From NCBI GenBank assembly GCA_040954595.2, contig CM082581.2, positions 11,840,286-11,904,285 of the forward strand: a DNA stretch of 64,000 nucleotides, in the 5' to 3' direction. Position 1 is the first letter of the stretch; the number at the start of each line of letters is the position of its first letter. Position numbers and translations under genes: made by a program. The stretch comes from Balanoglossus misakiensis. Its lineage: Eukaryota; Animalia; Hemichordata. Below are positions 52,759 through 64,000 of the stretch, piece after piece. The notes below the pieces were generated by a model that ran no database searches, was not told where the DNA came from, and worked only from the letters and a program-made list of their open reading frames with translations.

Positions 52759-55053
52759 CTGTCCATAGTGGTCGGTCAGTCTTTGTCTGTAGTTTCTATC
52801 AAACAAGGCCTTAGAAAACTATTTTGACCATCCGCAATAGGTGTAAGAGTTATAGTGAAAGAACCGTTAAAAGGCCGAGTAGATTGCAAATGCATTACGG
52901 CGTAGTAAAAATAAACGTGGTCTCTCACCAAAAAAAGATCACGACTTTGATCGGAATACGACCGATGACTCGTAGCAGAATACAATATTGACCTCGTATG
53001 CATCAGAGATGCTTGTGTAGGGCATTATTATGATAAGATGGGTGTATTTGCATAAGGGTGCGCGTTGACGAGAAATACACCTGCGGAGCCAGAGAGATAA
53101 TGCCCGGTTCGCAGAACAATGGTGTCGATGGAGAATGCTTTCACGCATCGTGACCTGCATTAAGCCGGGTCACCTTGAAAAGGTGAACAAGAGTTTCCAA
53201 TTATATAACACATGCAGGGGGCTCGCCAGGCAAAAAAAGAGTGGCTTTGACAATTTCAAATTCGGGGGGAATCGCCGCTGGAGGGGATTCAGAATCCGAC
53301 GCGTTATATCACGGACCGCGGTTATATCTAAAACAATCAAACTTGTATTCAGGATTCCATTACAATTTTTGTAAACTTAAGTCTACGTTTGTGATTTCAG
53401 ATAACAGCGTTGAGTCAATTATTATGTCTGGAATAGCGCAACCAAAAATGAAGGAACCCTCAGAACTATTGGATGCTGCTGCCCTTGTAAGTGACAACAG
53501 CTCTGAGTGCTAGTGGTCAATGCCCGACTTGAACCGTGATGCCCCTGTACAGAAGTAGGAAAGGTCCTGTAAACATATCTGTGGATGCGCGCATCTCTGG
53601 CGGTTTTGGTGCACGTTGAGGATATTCACACCAGGTAAGTCCGTTATGACTCAGTTGCAAACACCAATCTTCCGCATAAAACAACAATATAATGCGTTAC
53701 TTGCACAATGCGTACAATACTCGTATAACACGTCCTCTCCATCAACAAAACTCGACTCTAGAGGGGCCAGCTCAGCTGCGTTGCCCGGGTGATAGTCGCG
53801 CATTCTCCCCATCCGCTGGCTGTAAGTTCTCTCACTTCCCAAAACACTCTTTTCTAAGTTCCGTTTCAAGTCCCCTTCTTTCTTCGACAGAGGTCTGCTC
53901 ATCTTTAAAAATGTGTTGTTGTTTTTCACACTACGCTTTAACTTTCTTATATGTTCGTCACCGGGCGCAACTCAAAATCCACTGTGCTTTAATTTAAATA
54001 ATTGTAAAAACATAGATCAGAAATCGGTATAAAGTCTTTCTATTTAAACCTGTAACGACTCTTTGAAATATCTATAAGAGCATAATTATCTTTTCATAGA
54101 AAATATCGTCTTGAATTGTTGTTCTTCCACTCGTTTTGATAGCTCGCTGGTAGCACATCAATGTACGAGTTAAATTAACCCCCCCCCCCCCGCTTCTTCT
54201 GGTGTCACTGAAATTAGAGCAAGCCAATAGGCCAACACCATCCGTCGTGGCTCATGGAGACAAGAATGGAAAAACCGCGGCTCCCTCTAAAATTGTCGGG
54301 AGTCGATAAAGCACTTTCAGGGGATACCCATATTAGGAGAATTCGGACCGGTAGAAATTTCAAGAGCATCCGTGTTGTTAGAAGCGAACAATTTTCCCCC
54401 TTAAGTACCGATTTAGCAACATATTGACTTGGATTGACAAACTAAACGGCGACGATTCTCACGAATTTCATTTTCAATTGATCGAGCAAGGCTACGGCCT
54501 TCCGACTTTCTTTTCCACTTGCCGAGTCCTTGCAGCGCAATCACGATAAACAACATACAACAAAAAGATTGCTCGTGATTATTAGCAGGGATGGCCTAGT
54601 CTGTCTGTCAAATACTGATATTTGGCCTCGAATATACAAATGGGGTCGGATAGTTTGCAGAAATCGGTTTGTAAATGGTGAATCCAGGGACCAGTATGTC
54701 TGCAATGACCATGAGCAGATTCAAGTTGGAACGTTACCCCCAAGAAATTGTCCAAACCGCCACAGAGGGCGTCTTTACACCTCAGATCCAACGACTGTCG
54801 CGAAGGATATAAGAGAGGATAGTATACGTGCAATCTACGTGTCAAATAAAATATAAGAAAGCCGCAGTATCGAAAGATTTGTGATGTTATATAATATTGT
54901 TTAGGTTACATTGCATAGTTAGTTGACGTGGGTAATTCTATTGACGATATGCTGTTTTTCTGTGTGTGGAATGTTTAAAACAAACTGGAATCAAAGAATC
55001 ATTTGTACAAGACATGCCCTTTATTTACTAATGTACCTGAAGTCGTATCATTT

Positions 55054-55228
55054 TCGGGCCGGGTCACTGTAACCCACATTCGAGTTCCGCGCCTGAAGGC
55101 CACTAGGTTCACTGTGCCCTTCATTTTACCATACACCAATCAAATTTAACGAAATTTTCATTGATCAGTTTTTAATCCGATTGCCAGAGTAGGAGGCTCG
55201 AATTTGGGTTACAGGGACCCGGCCCCGA
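55054..55228. mobile_element. MITE-like element with about 31-bp terminal inverted repeats upstream of CYP26
   Basis: tcgggccgggtcactgtaacccacattcgag (55054-55084) versus ctcgaatttgggttacagggacccggccccga (55197-55228); weaker outer arms gtcgta / tacgac. Confidence 0.65.
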
Positions 55229-58200
55229 CAATTGAACAACATGATGTACGACACCTTTGTAAACACATATTGCTTCCACGATACAGCGTTCCCGCTGGCA
55301 GGTTACGTATAAGAGCATTGTGTTCCGTTGCTTTTTGACGAAGAAAATGCGTCAAACGTATTATCATCATGGTCAGTTCAACAAGCCGTTAGTGGTCAAC
55401 AAGCGGATGTAACGTTGGTTGTAAGCCGGCGGATTGTTCTTCCCGCACGTTGCAAAAAAACCACAACACATTCGTTTTGCAAATGATCATATAAACACCC
55501 GCTCATCTATTTTCTTACTCTAAAAGTCAAGTTCAAACAGTCAAGTTATATTTGACGACTACCAATTCAGAGCAGAACAACATGACTAAGATATGAAAGT
55601 GATTTGTTTCACTTTGTTTCTGCCATATGTTTATGACAAGACGGGTCCGGCGTTTTGGCAGGATAAAATGTAATTTAGCGTTTTATTTAATCGACAATCT
55701 GGGTTCCTTCGTAACTTAAAACTTTGATATTATTTGAGGTTATTTTGTTTCGTATGAGAATGTACTTGGTTGGCTGGTGCCTAGGTCTGAGTTCGTTTCC
55801 TACATGTCTCAATCTCGCAATGATTTATGGTGTAGTTTTGACAGGAACGTACGATGTGAATATTCACGCGGTTAGACAATGACAAAGCGCCCGCATATCG
55901 TGATACAAGCATAGACGCTATTGTCTGATACAATCAACATTTTTTCTCTATCTACAAATCGTGTCTATAGCGGCACAATTACATGCACTCAATGAGTAAC
56001 ATTTAAATGTGTCCTGGGGGTCGAAGTCGAATAATTTGATTTGGTTTGATTTGAATATGTCTGTAAATGCTGTTGTCTGTGTTTGTTGTTCAGGTGACTC
56101 CAACCGCTTGGGGAATGCACTTAGCTTGTCAACACAAATTGACCCTCACAGGTACGATTTTTTGTACTGAAAAAACAACTTACAACATAGCAATAACAAA
56201 AAAAATGTTTGATATCTTCCTGGTAGATTGTTATAAATGAAAAATCCCACAACAATTCTGCACAGGCTACACGCATATTCGTTGGCCGCCAAACTGGATA
56301 CGTTAGAATATGGACTGTTACCAAGGTAACTATGTCACATTCTTGCTTGAACCCCTCTGCCGCGTTGTTGGCTTTTGAAATCGACTCTGGTTTTGCATGC
56401 TGAGTACTAGTACAGGTTTTGCCGAATACCGAAAAAAAAACGTCGTCTCGTCGCTCTCGATTTCAGACCAGTATTGTCCGATAAAAGCCCCTCTGCGTCT
56501 CGCTTTCAGTTGATCTCAGTCGTCGCTTGTTGTCCGAGTCTTGCCAACTGAATACAATATGCTTTAGTTTGTCCCCGGGGCGAACAATTAGTCCAATGAA
56601 GGATAGTCGGATGGGGGGGGGGTATTGAGTGTGCTATGTGTCATTAACGAAATACACACGACAAAACATGTTTTATTTTTGCAGAATACGTATTGTCAAA
56701 CTCAAATCCAGATGATTCCACATACCCCTAATAATACTCGTTTGACACTCCACGTGGCTAGGGTAAAGAAATCGCTGCGATGACGCGAACACGAGTGATC
56801 TTGAACCTCAGGCTGCTTGCAGTGGCCCGACCTTCACTCACGCGAAGTTGAATCATGAAAAGTCACAAAAGTTGAAAAGTCAGTATGTCAATAGTCCAAT
56901 ATGTTGAGAAAAAAAAAACATTTTATGAGTCACGTACCGTCGTCGTAGCGTATATTCAGACAGTCCTTCTACCAGAGGGATTGTGATTCAGAGCACTGTG
57001 TTTAATCAACTTGCGAATTCTAAGTTTGGCAGTGAGGCTATACGAAAAACCTAAACCAGGCTCAATAAATTCCGTGTCTCTTCGCAAAATGCCACATTGA
57101 ATCTCTAAATATTACAAAAGTTTAAGGTGAATCACGGTCATTTCACCTTTGGGGGCCTGAATAAACGGGTGTGGCACTCGTATATTATTTAACTTGTTCA
57201 CATATAAACGTACATGATACCTCTCTGACTCACCAGTTTATTTAACTACAGAAGTGAGTATGAAAGCAAAAACACGAAAACAAAGGAAAAGCTGCAGTGG
57301 GAGCTAATGGAGCTTTAAAGAAAAAGACAAGTTGTTTTATTACGACTGTGACGTTTTAAGACCATCTGATCCCGGTATAGAAATACCCCTGGAGGTTTTG
57401 TAATTTGAGTAAATAACTAAAATAGAGCATTTGCTGTATAGTAGGCACGCGATATCCAGTGACATCACAGATGACATGCCTCAGTCCTGTCACGGTGAAG
57501 GCCGCGGATCATTCCAATGACATGACCTTGTCCTGAAATGACACGAACACAAAATCAATACATATCACAATGGTGTTCACTGTGCCCTGATTCCAGAACT
57601 CGAACAACGCATTAATTTGACCGCATTTTGATATAGTAGTTTATGAAGTTTAAAATATTTTTTAAATTCGATAATTAGCATGTCATCGTGATATTTCAGT
57701 CTCAATTAATAAAGAAATTGACTGCCCTCTGAAAAAAGTACATTTATATGTAAATACTAGTATGACTATATCCATATGAACTTGGCTTTGCCGGGATAAG
57801 TGGTGATATCAATGGGTCGTTTAGGGTCAAGATCACACCCCGACCGTGAGTAAGTACACGAGTCGAGTTTTTGTTTGATTTCGCTGACGAATAACGAGTA
57901 AACTGGGGAATCTATCATTCAGCACTGAGCTGCGAGTTGCGTGGATCCGTGATATTTTTTCTCGAACATTTGTGGTCGGATGGCGACTTCATCGCCGCTT
58001 GTTAACAAAACGTTTAATATTTACTTTGTTGAATGTGCAGTATACTGGTATACATTTGAAGTATTTTTTTTGGGGGGGGGGGGTATAAATTTAATAAGCA
58101 GTGCACTGATATTATACTTGGACAACTTTCCACTCTTGTCTCGGTCGGCAACCGTTCCATAAGTTCAATGACTGTCCTGTAACTTGAGATCTGTGCGGGC

Positions 58201-58615
58201 AAACCTAGTAGGCCACTACAATAACACTTCTGTGCCCGGCCCTTTGTCTATTTCAATCTTGCAAAACAGGATCGCTCCATTTTTCTCGCTCTGTTTTTTT
58301 GCTTTCCATGCAACACACTTCTGTTGTTCAAGCATGGAGATACTAAGAGACCTCCATGGTTCAAGGTCCCTCCATCACTACTGACACCCAATATACACTT
58401 GTTAGAGAGGGGAGAGAGTGGGAGGAGGGGGTGAGAGGGGGTAGACAGGCATGCAAAGGGACGTAGACTATAAGTAGAGAGACGGTTCTCCAAAAGCACA
58501 GGGCGATAAGGGTCAGGTGGGGCAGGCGGACAAACAGACAAGGCTGAGAGAAACAGAACGAGGGACACAGGATATGCAGACAGACAAGCGTACCAGCTAC
58601 GTACCACAGCTAACA

Positions 58616-58817
58616 TACTGTAAAACACGAGCAATTAATTTTCGCCAAATACGCGAAAGCCAAAATATCGTTAAAATAAAAAATCGCGTAGTTTTTTTTT
58701 TAAAGATAACGATGCAGTGAATGAAATAAGAGGACGCGAAAAGTAATACTCGCGAAACAGTGGCCTCTCTCGATATCTCGAAAAATTTAACTCGCGAAAA
58801 TAAAGTGTTTTACAGTA
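58616..58817. mobile_element. MITE, about 200 bp, with 13-bp perfect inverted ends
   Basis: TACTGTAAAACAC (58616-58628) / GTGTTTTACAGTA (58805-58817); internal cgcgaaa repeats; second copy at 14137-14292. Confidence 0.75.
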
Positions 58818-59421
58818 CTTCTCGTCCGTGGAGTGCCGTGGCACGTTAGAGATTTGTACCCACCAAGCCGCACGGAGTCGAGAAGCGGGGAAGAATATAA
58901 TTCGTGTCCGGCGTATTTATATTACATAAAAGTTATGCCATTACGGCGTGTTATAAAACTCTCTCAAATAAATTTCAGTTTGTGAGACATAAAATTCACT
59001 ATATTAAAAATAACAATCAATCAGAGACCTGTTTACGGATGTACGCATGCAGGGAAACCGGCCAGCCTATGATTATTTATGTCACGTCAAACTCCATGCA
59101 ACGCTTCGGTTTTGCGGTGCACAAACAATCCTTTCTAGTTTGCTTGCACTCGTCTTTGTTCTCCCTTTCCACCTGGATGCTCTACTTCCGGAACGCATTG
59201 TGTTCATTTCTATAAAAGATCTGGGTCTATTCTTCTGCTAATCTATTGTTACCACACAATCCCTACCTGTGGATTGTTGTCGCATTGTTGGCTGGGTTGA
59301 AGACCCCCTGGCTCACCCTCAATGCATAATATGTAATGAGTTTGGGATGCTTCCGGAGCTTAGACTAGCCGGACCTTTTTGCAAACTGCAGTGTGGTATG
59401 AGGCAGGGTTGAACGTAAGTT

Positions 59422-59438
59422 TGACCTCAGGTTGAACC
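59422..59438 (-). promoter_or_regulatory. Proximal DR5 retinoic acid response element of CYP26 (GGTTCA-acctg-AGGTCA)
   Basis: + strand TGACCT caggt TGAACC, both half-sites consensus, about 50 bp upstream of the TATA box of a CYP26 gene. Confidence 0.75.
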
Positions 59439-59488
59439 TTGGTTCAAAATATGCGTAAATAACAAGCATGTCAATGGGGAACAGCGTC

Positions 59489-59496
59489 TATATAAA
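59489..59496 (+). promoter_or_regulatory. TATA box of CYP26
   Basis: TATATAAA about 130 nt upstream of ATG 59626. Confidence 0.7.
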
Positions 59497-59625
59497 TGCA
59501 GTGACGGTTCTACCCCTGCATGCAGACGATTCGAAAACTTTCGAATGAAGAGTCATTTTTACTCACTAGTCAAATTCACTGATTGCAGTTTGTGAATCCT
59601 TCTGATTTATCTGTAGGCCAGAAAG

Positions 59626-62600
59626 ATGCAGTCTCTTACGATTGGTTATATTATAACTCCCGTGTTGCCACTGATATTGCCGTGCATTTTGCTAGCATTG
59701 GCACTAAAGCTGTGGAACGTATACAATGAGAATACACGAGATGTCAACTGCCCGGCTCCCCTACCTGAAGGCAGCATGGGTTGGCCGTTTATTGGAGAGA
59801 CCGTGCAACTGGTTACGCAGGTAAATTTTTCAATAACTTTTATTTTCTACGCGGGTTGTGTTACACTCTCCGATTTGATGATTCGATCACTCCGTGGTGA
59901 ACTCCAAACGTGAAGGCAAATCGGTATTTTATTTTATTTTATTTTTTTTTAATTTCCGATGCAGATGTCTTTTCTGTGCGTATTCTATTCGTGACAATTG
60001 CGATATACAAGTGCGCAACTCGTCTGTCAAATCATGTGGATGAAATGCGCTGCACACGAGGCACATTCGAACTTTGCACACACCGAGAAGTACGGTGTGG
60101 ATGTACAAATATTTGTAAAATAATTTGACAAAGTTTCCACCCCTTCACCTAAAGTTTCTATGCTTGAATCGATATTTTTGAATTGCGATAAACGCAGTAG
60201 TTTTTAATGTGTATATGTATTAAATTAACCAATAAATTAATAATAAAATAGTTTTTTTTTTAATTTTATTTTTCATTTTCCTACCTAGGGTGCCGAATTC
60301 TACCGCAAAAAGTATCTGAAGCACGGCCGGGTGTTTAAAACTCACATTCTCGGGCTGCCGACGATTCGAGCCGTCGGTGCCGACAACGTACGGAAGATCC
60401 TGCTGGGAGAAGGAGACATCGTCACATCGCACTACCCGTTCTCAGTACGCAGCGTACTTGGCAGCCAGTCGATCGTTATCTCCTCGGGCAAGAAACACGA
60501 GCGTCTCCGTAAGCTGTCGTCCAGGGCATTCCGGATCGATTACCTCAGCAAGTACGTGCGCTACATCCAGGGTTACACGAACGAAGCCATCAAGAGTTGG
60601 TGCGGCAGTTCTGAAGTACTTGGCAAAGACGAATGCAGAGCATTGGTATTTCGCATCGCCAGTAAAATCCTCTGTGGCTTTGATTATGGCGAGAACGAAA
60701 CCAAACACCTGGCGGGAATCTTTCAAGAAATGGTTGACAACATGTTCTCATTTCCATGTGATATCCCTGGGACCCGTTTTCATAAAGTAAGTTTTGACCA
60801 TTTACCTGGAGTTTTAATTTTATGATGACATGTTTTCATTTCTGTCATTGATTTGATATCTACGCAGGCATGCTGAATCATTGGTTTAAACTACGTCTTT
60901 TGTCCATGTGATGTTCGTCACGCAAACTGTTTACACAGTCAGTGACGTCCAGCTATAAAACTTGTTTTCGTCCCGGTCCTTGTTCTTAAAAACTATGACG
61001 TAAATATTCCAACTATTTATCAGACTTGTTATAATGTTTACTGGTAATTGTGCTCTCTACGAACAATATTCCCGATAATCGATTCCCGAATAGAATCGGG
61101 ATATAGGCCAATAAAATATATAGCCCCGGAGTTTTGCCGAATGATAACACGTGTCTCCATTTTCTTGATATCTCTTTGCAAACAGGCGATCAAAAATCGC
61201 AATATTTTACACCGCCACATCGAAGAAAATCTGAAAAAGAGGCGCGAGAGTGATGAAGAGTCGGCCACCGACTTCATCCACATACTCCAACTCATCGCCG
61301 ATCAAGAAGACGACAACGGCGCCAAAATGGACATGCAACAGTTGAAAGAGCTCACACTGGAGCTTCTTTTCGTCGGTCACACAACTACAGCCTCGGCCAT
61401 CACCATGATGCTCATACACCTGTGCGAGAATCCCGGCGTCGTCGAGAAAATCAAACGAGAACTGGCCGACCACCAGCTGTTGCACGACGATGGAGAGCAA
61501 TTGACGCTGGAGACGATCTCGAAGTTACGGTACGTGGGGTGCGTTGTCCGGGAAATTTTGAGGATATCACCACCAGTTGGAGCGGGGTTCCGAAAAGTTA
61601 TCAAGACCTTTGAACTCGAGGTAAGTGGCGCCAGAATCATTGTTCTTTTAATATGGAGAGGTGTTCTTCAGTCAGCAGACATGACAGTATCATTCACTGC
61701 GTGGTAGAAATCCAACCACGCCCATAGCATCATTTACATGTAAGATCCACGTGTTTTCTGTTCGCCCGATTTTTTCTCCCTTCGCGCTTGAAGGAATAAC
61801 ACAACTCTTGCGTCATAAAACACGAATATCGTTTGCCAAATAAACCGGCAAATAATCACTTTTTTAAGTTTCATTTAACGAAATTAAATTATTTTACCCT
61901 AAGCGATGGGCCATTAAATTCCGTTGAAGTGATAGCAAAATGGAGAAAAAATTATGAACACCAACACGTAGATACACCGGCTAAAGTACATCAATTGCTT
62001 AGTGTGCTTTTTTTAGCATTACTATCAGCCAGACGCAAATTTATGAGCATGTTGACCGGGTTTATTTCATTTCGCTGAAACCTGGTGACGCGCGCGTGTT
62101 CACCACAAAACCAGGACGCCCAGCGGACGATGGACTTTAACACGAATAAAAAGGTCTACGTGCTGTCCGCGAAGAACAATAAAAAACAATCACAGCATTG
62201 CTCGTTAATCCATTTAATTCATTGCGAAAATAATTCAACAAATAACTTTCCCTTATCGCTTCCATCGGTGGTTGTCAATGAGAGTCAACGTCCTTTTGTT
62301 GATCGCGGGTCAAAACAAAAGTGCGAAGGCCACACACTGCTGCTTAGGGACTGGACTGCCAAAATTTGCATATAAGGAACGATGATGAGGATGGTGGTGG
62401 TGATGGTGATGGTGGTGGTGATGATGATGGTGGTGGTGGTGGTGGTGATGAAGATGGTGATGCAGAACTATCGGATGGAAATGAACAAACACCATCAATT
62501 CAAGACCGGTCATCTAAAGCATAGTTTCTTTATTCAACATTGTGATATCGCTGGACACTGTACTTTGTTCAAAAATATCTTCAGATAGATTACGGTACGG

Positions 62601-63325
62601 TACGGCCGGTACGGGACCGTCAGTAGCGTAAACCGACGATACCAAAGAACTGTAGACTGACCCCAAAACTGCTGTTGATATCTGGTACAAGCACGTCATG
62701 AACCCCCATAACCCAACCTCATGCGGGAAAATTAGATCAACTGAGGTAAATGTGCATGTTTGCAGAGTCTCGTATGAAACGTGGAAAGCAGGCCAACAAT
62801 ATAAGAGCTACTGTGCATTGAATTGTTGGCGTCCACTCATTCATACGCCTCTAAATGATATAAAAGCGGGCCCTCATGGGCTTTTGTTGATCAGGACCCT
62901 AGGCACCGGAGAATGAAAACAAGTCCCTAGACGTCAAAGGTCACCAGGTTGACCACTGTACTCTCTGAGTACGATTTGCGCTCAAGCCGCAACACGTTCG
63001 TTCTTTTCATGGGGCTTTGTTGAGGCACTCTCAGTGTCTTATGAAGAGTACAACACGCATTGTTGTCTTGATCGAATGGTTCCGTATTGGGGCGGGAACC
63101 CGTCCGATTTACCTTCTATTGGCGCGTCTCCATAAACATTAATAACCGGCGGGCGAATTTTGTTCATGCTCCGTTGAAAGTTAAAGCTTCCAGGTCTCTT
63201 GTTGTGCACAATAAACAGGATGTTATTAATTCGGCTCATGTTGCTTAGCAACTACTGTGTGAACTTCTAAAGGTGTATTGTTTGTTTCAAAAAGTCTATT
63301 AACCGACCAACCAATCAACCAATCG

Positions 63326-63414
<89 letters not shown>

Positions 63415-64000
63415 CTTTTTCCAGTTGAAATTCCATGGTAACGGGAGAAGAAGATGTCTAAGATGTCTATTATTTTCAGATTATTTTATTAATTCTCACT
63501 ATGATAGTTAACTAAGAAACACACAAAAATGTGGGATGTGATGCTTTTTAAAATTTCATGGATGTTAATCGTCCCGTTTCACTGGTTTCCGATTGCAGGG
63601 AAAGCAAATCCCAGCGGGCTGGTCAGTTGTCTTCAGTATCCGCGAGACACAGCAATATGCAGCGAACTTCACTGAGCCAGATAAGTTTGATCCCGACCGA
63701 TTTATGCCGGGCAGACAAGAGGACAAACGCGGCGACAGATTCAACTTCGTTCCGTTTGGAGGCGGACCACGTGGGTGCATTGGCAAACAGCTGGCCCAGC
63801 TGATCATGAAAATCTTTGTGGTGGAACTCACGAGAAGATGTCGTTGGCAGTTGGTCAATCCGGAGGATTTGAAGATCGATCTGATGCCGTCGCCGCACCC
63901 GGTCAACGGAATGCCTCTTCGCTTCACCAGGCAAGACTGGAACGCAAACATCGTCGACTTCAACAGAGACAATGCGAACCAAGACGCCGCCGTACTAGAA
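59626..64000 (+). CDS. CYP26: Cytochrome P450 family 26 (retinoic acid hydroxylase), stop codon lies beyond the window
   Basis: Exons 59626-59820, 60289-60786, 61186-61620, 63599->64000 (510 codons, no stop yet). Motifs: PLPEGSMGWPFIGET, VFKTHILGLPTIRAVGADNVRKILLGE, I-helix ELLFVGHTTTASA, K-helix EILR, PPVGAGFR, KTFELEG, FDPDRF, heme motif FGGGPRGCIG (Cys codon 63776-63778). Confidence 0.93.
62381..62462. repeat. (GAT/GGT)n degenerate trinucleotide repeat in CYP26 intron 3
   Basis: Visible directly; explains the poly-His and poly-Met/Val ORFs. Confidence 0.9.
63302..63413. repeat. (AATC)n tetranucleotide microsatellite in CYP26 intron 3
   Basis: Visible directly; explains the INQS-repeat ORF. 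Confidence 0.95.

Noticed and set aside
62310-63511. Poly-His, poly-Met/Val and INQS-repeat ORFs
   Set aside because: Translations of simple repeats in CYP26 intron 3
63565-63982. Minus-strand ORFs of 135 and 119 aa
   Set aside because: Antisense shadows of CYP26 exon 4; the real + frame carries PDRF and the heme motif
1-64000. Prokaryote-type systems (CRISPR, operons), tRNA/rRNA genes, transposase or RT ORFs
   Set aside because: None seen; the sequence is intron-rich eukaryotic DNA with no repeat-spacer periodicity and no long unexplained ORF

Overview
This is AT-rich eukaryotic (animal) genomic DNA with spliceosomal introns, most consistent with a marine invertebrate, possibly a deuterostome (inference only). 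I read four tandem + strand genes by hand with phase-consistent exons. (1) The 3' part of an SH3PXD2/Tks adaptor with a PX domain and 4 SH3 domains (1-4055). (2) A complete 25-exon prominin of about 861 aa (5771-44051), with very long 5' introns and one GC-AG intron. (3) A compact 13-exon KANSL3/NSL3 of about 1299 aa (46673-52323). (4) A CYP26-family retinoic-acid hydroxylase P450 (59626 to beyond 64000). Best signals: a perfect DR5 RARE about 50 bp upstream of the CYP26 TATA box; further perfect DR5/DR2 elements in prominin introns; an intact GxSxG nucleophile elbow and a second HCF-1-binding motif in KANSL3; a four-gene linkage matching the vertebrate chr 2/4/5/10 paralogon; a CpG-density boundary; and several small MITE/foldback insertions. 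I saw no rRNA, tRNA, CRISPR or transposase, and most short ORFs in the track are spurious. I found no wholly new system; the best candidate is an invertebrate retinoid-regulated CYP26 regulatory block.
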